59,238 nucleotides of DNA, taken from the NCBI GenBank assembly GCA_001823695.1, contig MHVD01000017.1, positions 1 through 59,238 on the forward strand, written 5' to 3'. The notes beneath the pieces are model-generated. The model did no database searches and had not been told where the DNA came from. It saw only the letters and a list, made by a program, of their open reading frames with translations. Both the position numbers and the translations under genes were made by a program. Below, piece by piece: positions 27,826-37,731 of the stretch. This DNA is from Candidatus Zambryskibacteria bacterium RIFCSPHIGHO2_01_FULL_43_25 (GTDB lineage Bacteria > Patescibacteriota > Minisyncoccia > Phycocordibacterales > Zambryskibacteraceae). Within the stretch, counting starts at the first letter, position 1. Each line of letters opens with the position of its first letter.

Positions 27826-28134
27826 ATGAAAATAAAAAAAGACGACAATGTCATAGTGCTTTCAGGAAAAGACCGAGGCAAAACCGGCAAGGTTGTTTTG
27901 TCACTGCCGAGACAAAACAAAGTCATAGTCTCCGGCCTTAACACAAGAAAGGTGCACAAAAGACCGAAAAAGTCCGGGCAAAAGGGCCAGATTATTGATC
28001 AGAGTTTTCCTATGCATGTGTCTAATGTGATGATTATTGATGCAAAAACCAACAAAGGTACAAGAATCGGCATAGAAGAAAGAGATGGAAAGAGAGTAAG
28101 AATCTCAAAGAGAAGCAAAACGGTGATTGAGTAA
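27826..28134 (+). CDS. rplX: 50S ribosomal protein L24
   Basis: MKIKKDDNVIVLSGKDRGKTG, HVSNVM; start ATG 27826. Confidence 0.97.
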   Translation: MKIKKDDNVIVLSGKDRGKTGKVVLSLPRQNKVIVSGLNTRKVHKRPKKSGQKGQIIDQSFPMHVSNVMIIDAKTNKGTRIGIEERDGKRVRISKRSKTVIE

Positions 28135-28139
28135 TTAAA

Positions 28140-28697
28140 ATGATTAATTCAAGAGAAAAAATAAATAAAACCTTCGCTGCGCTAAAAGATAAAGTGGGTT
28201 ACAAAAATCCAATGCAAGCTCCTCGCATTGAAAAGATGGTCATCAATGTAGGCACGGGCTCTTTCAAAGACCCAAAGAAAAAGGATTTAGCGGCGGATAG
28301 ACTGGCCAAAATAACCGGCCAAATGCCTGCCGTCAGGGGAGCCAAACAATCAATCGCGGCGTTTAAAACAAGGCAGGGCGATCCAGTGGGGGTTCAGGTG
28401 ACCCTAAGAGGAAAGAGGATGCATGATTTCCTAGATAGACTTATAAATATAGCCCTGCCAAGAACGAAAGATTTCAGAGGCGTATCGGTAAAAGGCATTG
28501 ACCAAATGGGCAACTACACCATCGGCATCAAAGAACACACTATTTTCCCCGAGACTTCGGATGAAGAGTTGAAAGACGTCTTTGGGCTATCGGTGACCAT
28601 AGTCACCACGGCCGGCAATAGGGAGGAGGCGGAGTCTTTTTTTAGACATTTGGGTCTGCCATTTAAGGCTAGTGAGTCTGATTCTCCCCGCAAATAG
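28140..28697 (+). CDS. rplE: 50S ribosomal protein L5
   Basis: PRIEKMVINVG, VTLRG, PRTKDFRG, GNYTIG. Confidence 0.98.
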   Translation: MINSREKINKTFAALKDKVGYKNPMQAPRIEKMVINVGTGSFKDPKKKDLAADRLAKITGQMPAVRGAKQSIAAFKTRQGDPVGVQVTLRGKRMHDFLDRLINIALPRTKDFRGVSVKGIDQMGNYTIGIKEHTIFPETSDEELKDVFGLSVTIVTTAGNREEAESFFRHLGLPFKASESDSPRK

Positions 28698-28713
28698 GGC
28701 TATGGTGCCTTGT

Positions 28714-28742
28714 TTGACAGTGCTTATTCGTCCTGATAATAT
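28714..28742 (+). promoter_or_regulatory. Internal promoter candidate upstream of rpsN
   Basis: TTGACA-17 nt-TAATAT in a 145-bp gap. Confidence 0.5.
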
Positions 28743-28842
28743 AGCCGCAAGCTTCCAGAAGCTTTTTTTGTTACGATGAGCGAGGGCGGGGGCTTGCTTC
28801 CGCCGTGCGGGTGCCAAGCAAGCGCCGCTTGAAAATTTAAGT

Positions 28843-29028
28843 ATGGCAAAGAAATCAGTCATAGCGAGGTCTCTAAGAAAACCGAAGTATAAGAGCCGTG
28901 TCGTAAGGCGTTGCTTTAAGTGTGGCAGAAAGCGCGGATTTATGAGGGATTTTGATCTTTGCCGAATCTGCTTCCGCGAACTTGCAAATGAAGGCAAAAT
29001 TCCGGGGGTCAGAAAATCATCCTGGTAA
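28843..29028 (+). CDS. rpsN: 30S ribosomal protein S14 (zinc-binding, type Z)
   Basis: RCFKCGR..LCRICFRE, 61 aa. Confidence 0.97.
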   Translation: MAKKSVIARSLRKPKYKSRVVRRCFKCGRKRGFMRDFDLCRICFRELANEGKIPGVRKSSW

Positions 29029-29029
29029 C

Positions 29030-29419
29030 ATGACCGACTCAATAGCCGACATGATAATAAGGTTTAAAAACGCCGGCGCTTCCGGAAAAGAGTCGCTATC
29101 TGTTCCGTATTCAAAATTCAAGCATGAAATCTGCAACTTTCTTGAAAAGGAAGGATATATCAAGTCTGTAAGCAGGCGTGGCAAAAAGATAGCAAAGTCG
29201 CTTGAGGTTGAACTTCTTTACGAAAACGATAAGCCGAAGATAAGGGAGGTGAAGCGGGTATCGAAGCTTTCTCGCCGCGTTTATAAAAAGGCAAAAGACA
29301 TCCGTCCTGTGAAAAACGGATATGGCATTCTGGTAATGTCTACTGCTCGGGGTCTCCTGTCAGGGAAAGATGCCCGTAGAGCTTCGCTTGGCGGTGAGGC
29401 GCTGTTTGAGATCTGGTAA
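29030..29419 (+). CDS. rpsH: 30S ribosomal protein S8
   Basis: MTDSIADMIIRFKNA, SKLSRRVY, STARG; start ATG 29030. Confidence 0.97.
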   Translation: MTDSIADMIIRFKNAGASGKESLSVPYSKFKHEICNFLEKEGYIKSVSRRGKKIAKSLEVELLYENDKPKIREVKRVSKLSRRVYKKAKDIRPVKNGYGILVMSTARGLLSGKDARRASLGGEALFEIW

Positions 29420-29449
29420 GCTTCAACGCTGAATTTTAAATTTTCCATT

Positions 29450-29983
29450 ATGTCACGTCTAGGGAAAAAAATCATAGCAATACCCGAAAAGACACAAGTT
29501 CTGATTTCGGACGGCAATGTCTCCGTTAAAGGGCCGCTAGGCGAGCTGTCGCGTAATTTCAACCAAGACATAATCGTCTCTTTACGGCCTGAAGGTGTTG
29601 AGCTGAAACCAGCAAAAGAAACAAAAGAATCAATGGCACTTTGGGGGACTTATGTCTCACACATAAGCAATATGATAAAGGGCGTTAATAAACAATTCGT
29701 TAAAAAGCTGGTTGTCGAAGGAATCGGCTTTAAGGTTGACCTGAAGGGAGAAAAGCTGGTGTTCGCGCTGGGATTTTCTCATCCCGTAGAAGTGTCCGTA
29801 CATCAAGGCATTTCTGCCAGTGTCGAAAAAAATGTGATAACCATCTCCGGCGTAAGCAAGGAGCTGGTGGGGGAATTTACTGCCCGCCTCCGCGACCTCA
29901 AAAAGCCCGAACCGTATAAAGGTAAGGGGGTTAGGTACGAAGAGGAGGTAGTCAAAATCAAGCAGGGTAAGAAATCTGTTTAA
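29450..29983 (+). CDS. rplF: 50S ribosomal protein L6
   Basis: MSRLGK, VKGPLGEL, LGFSHPV, PEPYKGKG. Confidence 0.98.
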   Translation: MSRLGKKIIAIPEKTQVLISDGNVSVKGPLGELSRNFNQDIIVSLRPEGVELKPAKETKESMALWGTYVSHISNMIKGVNKQFVKKLVVEGIGFKVDLKGEKLVFALGFSHPVEVSVHQGISASVEKNVITISGVSKELVGEFTARLRDLKKPEPYKGKGVRYEEEVVKIKQGKKSV

Positions 29984-30020
29984 TCGGGGATTTGGCCTTA
30001 GATCCGGAACTTTGTGAGAT

Positions 30021-30374
30021 ATGAAAAACAAAAATATTTTAAAAACTAAAAAACGAGAACGCAGACACGCAAAAATCCGCGCGAAAATCATTGGCACCAG
30101 TGAAAAGCCCAGAATGAGCGTGTTCAAATCCAATCGCTTTTTGTATGTCCAAATAATTGACGATGAAGCCGGCAAAACCTTGGTAACCGGCTCTACCAAA
30201 GGCATCTCCGGTAAAAATCAGCTAGAAAAGGCGCGCTCTCTGGGAGAGAACATTGCTAAAAAGGCCATTGAAAAGAAAATAAAAAAAGTCGTCTTTGACC
30301 GTAGCGGATATATATATACAGGAAAAATAAAAAAAGTCGCTTCTGCTGCAAGAGAAGGCGGACTTAAGTTTTAA
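30021..30374 (+). CDS. rplR: 50S ribosomal protein L18
   Basis: PRMSVFKSN, QIIDD, FDRSGY.YTG, AAREGGLKF. Confidence 0.97.
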   Translation: MKNKNILKTKKRERRHAKIRAKIIGTSEKPRMSVFKSNRFLYVQIIDDEAGKTLVTGSTKGISGKNQLEKARSLGENIAKKAIEKKIKKVVFDRSGYIYTGKIKKVASAAREGGLKF

Positions 30375-30376
30375 AT

Positions 30377-30970
30377 ATGGAAAAGGAGAAGAAAAATAAT
30401 GTTGAGAATATCGAGCAAAAGAAGGCTCAAGCCAGTCCTGCTTTTTCGCGCCCTGAAGCGTCAAAAGACAGAGAAAGAAATACCAGGAGGGGCTCCAGAC
30501 GGTCTTCTAAAAAAGATGCCAGAATCAAACCCGAATTTGACAACAAGATAATCAGTATCCGCAGGGTTACAAGAGTAGTTGCCGGCGGGCGCAGGTTCAG
30601 CTTCAGTGTGACTATTGTAGCCGGAAATCATAAAGGCACAGTTGGCGTAGGACAGGGAAAATCTTCAGATACTCCGCTAGCCATTGAAAAGGCCTTGCGC
30701 GACGCGAAGAAAAATATGATTCAAGTCAGCGTTACGGATAACATGTCTATCCCGCACGACGTTGAAGCGAAATTTGGCAGCTCCAGGGTTATTATTATGC
30801 CGGCGCCCGGCCGCGGAATTTTAGCCGGAAGTTCGGTAAGAGTGGTATTGGAACTGGCTGGCCTTACTGCCATAAATGCCAAAATTCTCTCCGGAAGCAA
30901 AAACCGCGTCAACAATGCCAAGGCGGCGATTGAAGCTCTGAAAAAACTTTCAGTTGTTAAGAAAAGATAA
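30377..30970 (+). CDS. rpsE: 30S ribosomal protein S5
   Basis: RRVTRVVAGGRRFSF, PAPGRGILAG. Confidence 0.97.
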   Translation: MEKEKKNNVENIEQKKAQASPAFSRPEASKDRERNTRRGSRRSSKKDARIKPEFDNKIISIRRVTRVVAGGRRFSFSVTIVAGNHKGTVGVGQGKSSDTPLAIEKALRDAKKNMIQVSVTDNMSIPHDVEAKFGSSRVIIMPAPGRGILAGSSVRVVLELAGLTAINAKILSGSKNRVNNAKAAIEALKKLSVVKKR

Positions 30971-30975
30971 TCTTC

Positions 30976-31413
30976 ATGCAACTAAATTCTCTACAAAGAA
31001 ATACCTCTCGCATAAGAAGTCGACAGGTTGGCCGTGGCGGCAAGCGTGGCAAGACTTCTGGTAAGGGTACAAAAGGCCAGAGCGCAAGAGCTGGAAGAAA
31101 GAAGCGACCGGAAATGAGGGATATCATAAAACGAATACCGAAACTGCGTGGCCGCGGGAAGTCCAGTCTAAAGAGTATAAGGCAAAGAAATATTGCGATT
31201 AACCTGTCTGCCGTGAGCCGGGCCTTTTCGGCTGGAGAAGTTGTATCTCCGAGTTCGCTTAAGTTAAAAGGCCTGATAGGCTCTTCCAAATCGGCGCTTA
31301 GGATAAAAATTCTCTCTTCGGGAGATATCACAAAGAAACTGACTTTCAACGGCTGCGATATGTCAGCTGGGGCCAAAGAGAAAATAACCGCTGCGGGTGG
31401 TATCATTAAATAA
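30976..31413 (+). CDS. rplO: 50S ribosomal protein L15
   Basis: RVGRGGKRGKTSGKGTKGQSAR-type N-terminus, RIPKLRG. Confidence 0.95.
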   Translation: MQLNSLQRNTSRIRSRQVGRGGKRGKTSGKGTKGQSARAGRKKRPEMRDIIKRIPKLRGRGKSSLKSIRQRNIAINLSAVSRAFSAGEVVSPSSLKLKGLIGSSKSALRIKILSSGDITKKLTFNGCDMSAGAKEKITAAGGIIK

Positions 31414-31424
31414 AAATTGAGAAG

Positions 31425-32696
31425 ATGAGCAGTTTCACAGATAAAGCCAGGTTGATTATTCAGGACAGAACGCTAAGAAAGCGCATAATCTTTCTTCTGG
31501 CCGCCTTGTTTCTGTTCAGAGTTTTAGCAATTATTCCTATTCCCGGAGTCAATGCCGCCGAGCTGTCCAGATTTTTTTCAGGCAATGAATTCCTGGGCCT
31601 TTTGAATATATTTTCCGGAGGCGGGTTGTCCAACCTCTCCATTATTATGCTTGGAGTCGGTCCATATATTACAGCTTCAATCATAATGCAGCTTTTGACA
31701 ATAATGTCGCCCAGACTCAAAGCTCTTTATCAGGAAGAAGGCGATGCCGGCCGGAAAAAATTTGCCCAATACAGCCGACTGCTTACAGTGCCGATGGCTG
31801 TGATTCAAGGTTTTGCATTTCTGACTCTTCTAAACAGGCAGGGCGTACTGCCGTCGCTTTCGGGCTTTGATATGCTTATGAATGTCATAATCATAACTGC
31901 CGGCTCCATGCTCTTGACTTGGATCGGTGAACTGATAACCGAATTCGGAGTGGGCAATGGTGTTTCTATAATCATCTTTGCGGGTATAGTGTCGGCCCTG
32001 CCGGGCGCTATTACCCAGCTTGTCTTCACCTTTGATCCGTCACAGATTCCGCTTTATCTGGCGTTCTTGGTAGCGGCTCTGGCGATAGTCTTTGGCGTTG
32101 TCATCATTACCGAAGCGGAGCGGCCAATACCCATAACCTATGCGAAGAGGGTAAGGGGAATGAAAGTCTATGGCGGCATCTCAACTTATCTTCCGATCAG
32201 GGTCAACCAAGCCGGAGTTATTCCCATAATCTTTGCCCTCTCTATACTTCTTTTCCCTCAAATGTTCTTCAGTTTTCTGGCTAATGTTTCAAATGCCACC
32301 GTTCAGACAATCGGCTCTACTATGCTTAGCATTCTGGCCAATCCGTGGTTTTACTCAATTGCTTACTTCGTTTTGGTGTTCGCTTTCACTTATTTCTACA
32401 CGGCCATCACTTTTGATCCGGAATCAATATCAACCAACTTGCAAAAGAGCGGAGCTTTTATCCCCGGTGTAAGGCCGGGAACGCCGACGGCGGAATACAT
32501 CGGCAGAATACTCTCCAGACTCACTCTTGTCGGGGCGATTTTCCTCGGCGCTATAGCTGTTTTACCTTTGGTTATGAGAGGTATTACCGGCATTCAAGCC
32601 CTCTCTATCGGCGGAACAGCTCTTCTTATCGTGGTCTCCGTAGTCATTGATCTCATAAAGAAGATCGACGCCCAGATTTCTATCAGAGAGTACTAA
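31425..32696 (+). CDS. secY: Preprotein translocase subunit SecY
   Basis: LGVGPYITASII, GNGVSIIIF, NQAGVIPIIFA, IPGVRPG, GGTALLI. Confidence 0.98.
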   Translation: MSSFTDKARLIIQDRTLRKRIIFLLAALFLFRVLAIIPIPGVNAAELSRFFSGNEFLGLLNIFSGGGLSNLSIIMLGVGPYITASIIMQLLTIMSPRLKALYQEEGDAGRKKFAQYSRLLTVPMAVIQGFAFLTLLNRQGVLPSLSGFDMLMNVIIITAGSMLLTWIGELITEFGVGNGVSIIIFAGIVSALPGAITQLVFTFDPSQIPLYLAFLVAALAIVFGVVIITEAERPIPITYAKRVRGMKVYGGISTYLPIRVNQAGVIPIIFALSILLFPQMFFSFLANVSNATVQTIGSTMLSILANPWFYSIAYFVLVFAFTYFYTAITFDPESISTNLQKSGAFIPGVRPGTPTAEYIGRILSRLTLVGAIFLGAIAVLPLVMRGITGIQALSIGGTALLIVVSVVIDLIKKIDAQISIREY

Positions 32697-32776
32697 TCGA
32701 TTTTACCAGTCGGACAAATTTCTAAGCTGGGCAAAAAGGTGTGCTAAAATTACCCCATTCGTAAGCTTAATTTTTT

Positions 32777-33376
32777 ATGTCTCCCAAAACCTTTATCTTT
32801 ATAGGCCGATCGGGGTGCGGTAAGGGTACTCAGTCCCACCTGCTTCAAGAATATATTTCAAAAAAAGACAATCGAAAAATAGTTTACATTGAAACCGGTC
32901 TGGAATTCAGGGAATTTATAAAAAACGACGGCTATTCAAACAAACTGTCTCACGAAGTATATGATCGCGACGAAAGACAACCCGGCTTTTTGGCCTGTTA
33001 TATGTGGACAAAAGCCCTGTTGAATAATTTTACCGGTGAACAGAATCTTTTCTTTGACGGGGCGCTAAGGTCGCTTCCTGAAGCCAGACTTTTTGAAACG
33101 GTGGTCAATTTCTACAAACTTAGCAAAGCGATTGTTATCTTTATTGATGTATCACGAGAGTGGTCCGAGATGCGTCTTATGGAGCGTGGCCGCTCTGACG
33201 ACTTGGGAAAAGAAAAGATAGCAAAGCGGCTGGATTGGTTTGAGAAAGACACTCTGCCCGCTCTGGATTTTCTAAGGGCGAGTGGGTGTTTCAATTTTGT
33301 CAGGATAAACGGCGAGCAGACAATAGAAGAAGTCCACCAGGAAATAGTCAATTCTGTCGGACCTCTCTTAGAATGA
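32777..33376 (+). CDS. adk: Adenylate kinase family protein (short LID)
   Basis: GRSGCGKGTQ P-loop, DGALR, RGRSDD; located after secY. Confidence 0.85.
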   Translation: MSPKTFIFIGRSGCGKGTQSHLLQEYISKKDNRKIVYIETGLEFREFIKNDGYSNKLSHEVYDRDERQPGFLACYMWTKALLNNFTGEQNLFFDGALRSLPEARLFETVVNFYKLSKAIVIFIDVSREWSEMRLMERGRSDDLGKEKIAKRLDWFEKDTLPALDFLRASGCFNFVRINGEQTIEEVHQEIVNSVGPLLE

Positions 33377-34143
33377 TAACTTATAAAACACCTGAGGATA
33401 TTGAAATTCTTAAAGAGGGTGGCAAGAGGCACGCCGATATACTCGGGGTGCTGGTATCATTGGTTTTCCCCGGGCAAAGTACGAATGTTTTTAACGGAAG
33501 GGCGCTAAAGCTTATTCACGATTCCGGTGATGTGCCGGCTTTCCTTAGGTACAGGCCGGAAGGCGCCAAAAGGCCGTACCCGGCCGCTGTTTGTGTCTCT
33601 CTTAATGAGGAGATAGTCCACGGAATTCCAAACGAAAATCCGAAGATCCTTAAAGAGGGCGATATCGTGACTCTTGACCTCGGACTCCGCCATAGAGGAC
33701 TGGTAACAGATATGGCGGTAACAGTTCCGGTGGGAGAGGTATCGGCTAAAGACCAATTGCTTATTGAAGCGACAGAGGCCGCTCTTTCTGCCGGCGTTGT
33801 CGCAGCCCAGTGTGGTTTTTACATAGGAGACATTGGTTTTGCGATTGAATCTGTAGCAAAGAAATATGGATTCAAGGTTGTTGAGGGACTTGCCGGCCAC
33901 GGTGTGGGCTATGAAGTGCACGAAGACCCTTATGTTCCGAACACTGGCAAGCCGGGCAGGGGCGAAGAGCTTAAGCTCGGAATGGTTTTGGCGATAGAGC
34001 CGATGCTGACTTCGGGTTCGGGCCAAATTTATCTTTGCAATGACGGTTTTACATTTTCTACCAAGGACAAAGCCAAAAGCGCCCACTTTGAACACACGGT
34101 TTTGATAACTGATTCCGAACCAGTAGTATTAACAAAAAGTTAA
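33373..34143 (+). CDS. map: Methionine aminopeptidase type I
   Basis: SLNEEIVHGIP, DLG..TDMA, GHGVG, AIEPM, SAHFEHT; start ATG 33373. Confidence 0.96.
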   Translation: MITYKTPEDIEILKEGGKRHADILGVLVSLVFPGQSTNVFNGRALKLIHDSGDVPAFLRYRPEGAKRPYPAAVCVSLNEEIVHGIPNENPKILKEGDIVTLDLGLRHRGLVTDMAVTVPVGEVSAKDQLLIEATEAALSAGVVAAQCGFYIGDIGFAIESVAKKYGFKVVEGLAGHGVGYEVHEDPYVPNTGKPGRGEELKLGMVLAIEPMLTSGSGQIYLCNDGFTFSTKDKAKSAHFEHTVLITDSEPVVLTKS

Positions 34144-34147
34144 AATT

Positions 34148-34762
34148 ATGAAAGACAAAAATCATCCCGCCAAAGAAAGAACCTTAGCGATTATAAAACC
34201 CGACGGCGTCCAACGTTCACTCATAGGTGACGTTATACGGCGTTACGAACGCATTGGGCTCAAGCTTGTTGGCATAAAGATGGTTGTGCCGACTGAAGAA
34301 CACATTGAGCAACACTACACTCTTGATCCGGACTGGCGCCGCAGAACAGGTCAAAAGACGATAGACAGTTACAAAAAGAAGGGTCTGACGCCGCCCTCCG
34401 AAGACCCGCTGGAGATTACAGGCAAGGTTTTGGTTATGCTTAAGAAATATATGACTCTGGGTCCAGTCGTGCCAATGGTTTGGCAGGGGGCGAACGCAGT
34501 CGCTGTGGTCAAGAAAATTACCGGCGGAACAGAACCGCTAACTTCTGATGTTGGCACAATACGGGCCGATCTTATGCTTGATTCTTACTCATTGTCCGAT
34601 AGGGACCAACGCGCAGTCAGAAACATCGTTCATGTTTCCGGCTCGGTAGAAGAAGCGGAGGCGGAAATAAAGCACTGGTTTTCGGAAAATGAACTCATAG
34701 ATTATCGGCTGGTTCAGGAAGCGATTCTCTACGACGTGAATGTGGACGGAATTTTTGAGTAG
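34148..34762 (+). CDS. ndk: Nucleoside-diphosphate kinase
   Basis: ERTLAIIKPDGVQR, GTIRAD, RNIVHVSGS. Confidence 0.93.
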   Translation: MKDKNHPAKERTLAIIKPDGVQRSLIGDVIRRYERIGLKLVGIKMVVPTEEHIEQHYTLDPDWRRRTGQKTIDSYKKKGLTPPSEDPLEITGKVLVMLKKYMTLGPVVPMVWQGANAVAVVKKITGGTEPLTSDVGTIRADLMLDSYSLSDRDQRAVRNIVHVSGSVEEAEAEIKHWFSENELIDYRLVQEAILYDVNVDGIFE

Positions 34763-34892
34763 TTTCCCGACTGGCCCTCGCTTAACCTTTTTTGTAGCTT
34801 TATTTTAGACACAGGTGTTTGGTTTTTGGACCTTTTGTTTTCTAATGGTCTTTGTGGGGTTGCCACGGCAACTGCCGGTGTATAATTACTGT

Positions 34893-35056
34893 AGGGTTAT
34901 TTGGCATATTATCTAGATTTAAGTTATTTAAAGGGAGTTTAATATCTTTGTCGGCCTTGGCCGGCGAATGCAAGCACCCACCTAGTGAATGCTAGGGCAA
35001 TATGCATAAATAACCCCGCTCAAGATGTCCTGCACTCTGGAACGCAGGACGTTTTG
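34893..35056 (+). ncRNA. Candidate rod-shaped small RNA (6S-like) with terminator
   Basis: TATAAT at 34881; gggttattt.gcatatt pairs with aatatgc.taaataaccc; apical gtcggcc/ggccggc hairpin; terminator at 35020-35056. Confidence 0.4.
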
Positions 35057-35125
35057 ATTTTCAAATCAGCAGAACAAACAAAATCAGTTTCCATATTTCG
35101 TAATATGTTCATATAATTCAACTTA

Positions 35126-35533
35126 ATGATTCACGGATTATTCTTTGCCCCGATAGTAGCTCTTTTATGCATTGTCGGTTTTCTGCATTTACTGGCCCTA
35201 TCCGAGTCTCTCTATTTTATTTATGGCTGGCTTGATCTAGTCGTCCATTTTCTCTCTGGTATCGCCATCGGCGTAACTTTCCTGTGGCTTTATATGAAGC
35301 AAGCCCTAAAAAACGGCCAGAGGAAAACTTTCGCAAAAGTTCTTTTGGTCTCTATCTTCACCGCTCTTCTTATAGCTTCTGCTTGGGAAGTTTTTGAATT
35401 CAAGATCGGTCTTACATTCACTTCCAACAACTACGCCTTTGATACTCTGACGGATATATTGATTACTGTTGTTGGCGGGCTCATCTCTGCTTTCTATATT
35501 CGAGCGATTATGCGCAAAGAGCTGGCTGTATGA
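35126..35533 (+). CDS. Small 4-TM membrane protein (VanZ/DUF2238-like)
   Basis: DLVVHFLSG..., WEVFEF and DTLTDI pattern. Confidence 0.6.
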   Translation: MIHGLFFAPIVALLCIVGFLHLLALSESLYFIYGWLDLVVHFLSGIAIGVTFLWLYMKQALKNGQRKTFAKVLLVSIFTALLIASAWEVFEFKIGLTFTSNNYAFDTLTDILITVVGGLISAFYIRAIMRKELAV

Positions 35534-36915
35534 ATAACAGACAATTTTCAATTTCCTTTTGGGGCGGGGTAGAATCCGTTACTGGGGCCAATTTCCTTCT
35601 GGAAGGTCCCGATTTTAAAATACTTGTTGATTGCGGTTTGTTTCAAGGTACGACCATTTCGGAAACGCAAAATAGAGAACCCTTTCCGTATGATCCCGCT
35701 GGCATTGATTTTCTTTTTGTTACTCACGCCCATGCCGACCACATAGGCAGAATTCCTCGGCTGGTGAAAGGGGGTTTTTCGGGGAAGATTTATTCCACTC
35801 CCGAAACCAAGATGATTGTGAAGGTTATGTTTAAGGACGCGTCTAGACTGGTTGAATCAGAGGCGAGGGAAGAGGGCATTCTTCCGCTATACGATAAGAA
35901 AGATGCGGAAAAAGCGCTCGGGCTGTGGGAAGATGTTCCTTACCGAGAGGATTTGAAAATCTCCGATTCTGTATCTGTCCGGTTCAAAGATGCCGGCCAC
36001 ATACTGGGGTCTTCTATGGTTGAATTTAGTCTGGCTTCCGAGTCTGGCAACCCCGGGAAAGTCCTCTTTACCGGCGATTTGGGCAACTCGCCCGGAACTC
36101 TGCTTAAAGATACGGAAGATCCCGGAGAGGTCCACTATTTGGTAATGGACAGTGTTTATGGCGACAGAAACCACGAATCAAAGGAAGAGCGAGAGGCAAA
36201 ATTTCTCAAAGTAGTCAGTGAAGCTGTAAAAAATGCCGGCACTCTGCTTATTCCGGTATTTTCTCTGGAACGGGCGCAGACTGTTCTCTACGAACTTGAC
36301 AATCTTTTTGAGAGAAAGAAGATTCCTCCGGTGCCGGTATTTCTGGATTCTCCTCTGGCGATTGAACTAACCGAAATATATGAATCGGTAACCTCGCTTT
36401 ACAATCAAAGCGTCAAGGAAGAAATGGCGCGAGACAAGCAAATTTTTAATTTTCCGCGCCTGAAGCAGACAACAAAAGTTTGGGACTCAAAAAAAATTCA
36501 AGAAGTTCCAAATCCCAAAATTATTTTGGCTGGTTCGGGTATGTCTACCGGCGGCCGAATACTTTACCACGAGAAATGTTTTCTTCCGGACGCAAAAACG
36601 ACATTCTTGATTCTGGGCTTCCAAGCCCCGGGTACTCTCGGTCGGCAAATACAAGACGGTGCCAAAGAAGTAGAGATAGACGGAGAGAGGGTGTCGGTCA
36701 AAGCGAGAGTTGAAACGATAAGCGGCTATTCGTCACACAAAGACTCCGACCGCCTGATTGAATTTGTAGAAAAGACCGCCGAAAGCTTGAAGAAGGTTTT
36801 TGTTGTTATGGGTGAGGCGAAAGCTTCCGCCTTTCTGGTTCAACGTCTGAGGGATTATCTTGATGTCAGCGCTTTGGTGCCGAAAAGAGGGGAAAAGTAT
36901 TATTTGGATATCTAA
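35530..36915 (+). CDS. MBL-fold beta-CASP RNA-processing hydrolase
   Basis: LVDCG, THAHADHIG, AGHILGS, FTGDLG, GSGMSTGGR, YSSHKD. Confidence 0.9.
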   Translation: MNNRQFSISFWGGVESVTGANFLLEGPDFKILVDCGLFQGTTISETQNREPFPYDPAGIDFLFVTHAHADHIGRIPRLVKGGFSGKIYSTPETKMIVKVMFKDASRLVESEAREEGILPLYDKKDAEKALGLWEDVPYREDLKISDSVSVRFKDAGHILGSSMVEFSLASESGNPGKVLFTGDLGNSPGTLLKDTEDPGEVHYLVMDSVYGDRNHESKEEREAKFLKVVSEAVKNAGTLLIPVFSLERAQTVLYELDNLFERKKIPPVPVFLDSPLAIELTEIYESVTSLYNQSVKEEMARDKQIFNFPRLKQTTKVWDSKKIQEVPNPKIILAGSGMSTGGRILYHEKCFLPDAKTTFLILGFQAPGTLGRQIQDGAKEVEIDGERVSVKARVETISGYSSHKDSDRLIEFVEKTAESLKKVFVVMGEAKASAFLVQRLRDYLDVSALVPKRGEKYYLDI

Positions 36916-37034
36916 ATGGGTTCTATTTAGTTTATCTCTTATTGTTTCTTGCCGCATTCTGTCAACACGTTAATATTATGCTATAGCATAAGTGCAACGT
37001 ATTGGGGAAAGAAGAAGCTGAAACGAAAGTTTAT

Positions 37035-37382
37035 TTAATTTTTTACACCTTCAACCACCTGTTTGAATATCTCCGGCTTTGTTATCGCTAGTTCAGAGAG
37101 CACTTTTCTATTTAAACTAATTTTTTTCTTTTTTAGCGCATCAATAAACCTGCTGTATGAGAGTCCATATTCGCGGACGGCGGCATTTATGCGGACATTC
37201 CAGAGTTTTCTCTTGTCGTTCTTTTTATCTCTTCTGTGAGCAAAAGAATAAGCGCCAGCATGAGAAATCGCCTCGTAGGCCTGACGTTCTTTCGTGCTTC
37301 TGCCAAATCGGTATCCCTTTACCTGTTTTAGAATATTTCGGCGGGTCTTAAGTGCATTTACTCCTTTTTTTACTCTTGTCAT
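37035..37382 (-). CDS. rplT: 50S ribosomal protein L20
   Basis: MTRVKKG, LWNVRINAA, NRKVLSELA. Confidence 0.98.
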   Translation of the reverse strand: MTRVKKGVNALKTRRNILKQVKGYRFGRSTKERQAYEAISHAGAYSFAHRRDKKNDKRKLWNVRINAAVREYGLSYSRFIDALKKKKISLNRKVLSELAITKPEIFKQVVEGVKN

Positions 37383-37425
37383 TTGGTTATTTGGTCAAAG
37401 TTAGGACGGGATTAAACAAAACTAT

Positions 37426-37608
37426 TTAGATGACTAAAAATCTGGCTTTATCCTTATTTTTCATGAAAATAACACCTACACCCTTTTTGGCATGCTGGCT
37501 TCGTCTGGACTCCTTGGCGTTGAAGTGATTTTGGCCTGCCTTGCGGGCTAAAATCTTGCCCTTGCGGGTCACTCTAAGTCTCTTGCTGTAGGATTTGTTG
37601 GTTTTCAT
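37426..37608 (-). CDS. rpmI: 50S ribosomal protein L35
   Basis: MKTNKSYSKRLRVT..GKI..HFNAK; position between infC and rplT. Confidence 0.9.
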   Translation of the reverse strand: MKTNKSYSKRLRVTRKGKILARKAGQNHFNAKESRRSQHAKKGVGVIFMKNKDKARFLVI

Positions 37609-37731
37609 TATTTCGTAAAACAGAGTTAAATCTTACCTAATTCTTTAGTTTTGTAAAGCGTCTGCTCTCCGGCGAAGTCTAGCGCCGATTTGGTTGTCCT
37701 GGTGCCTAAGGCCTAGTAGCTAGCGTCTAGT

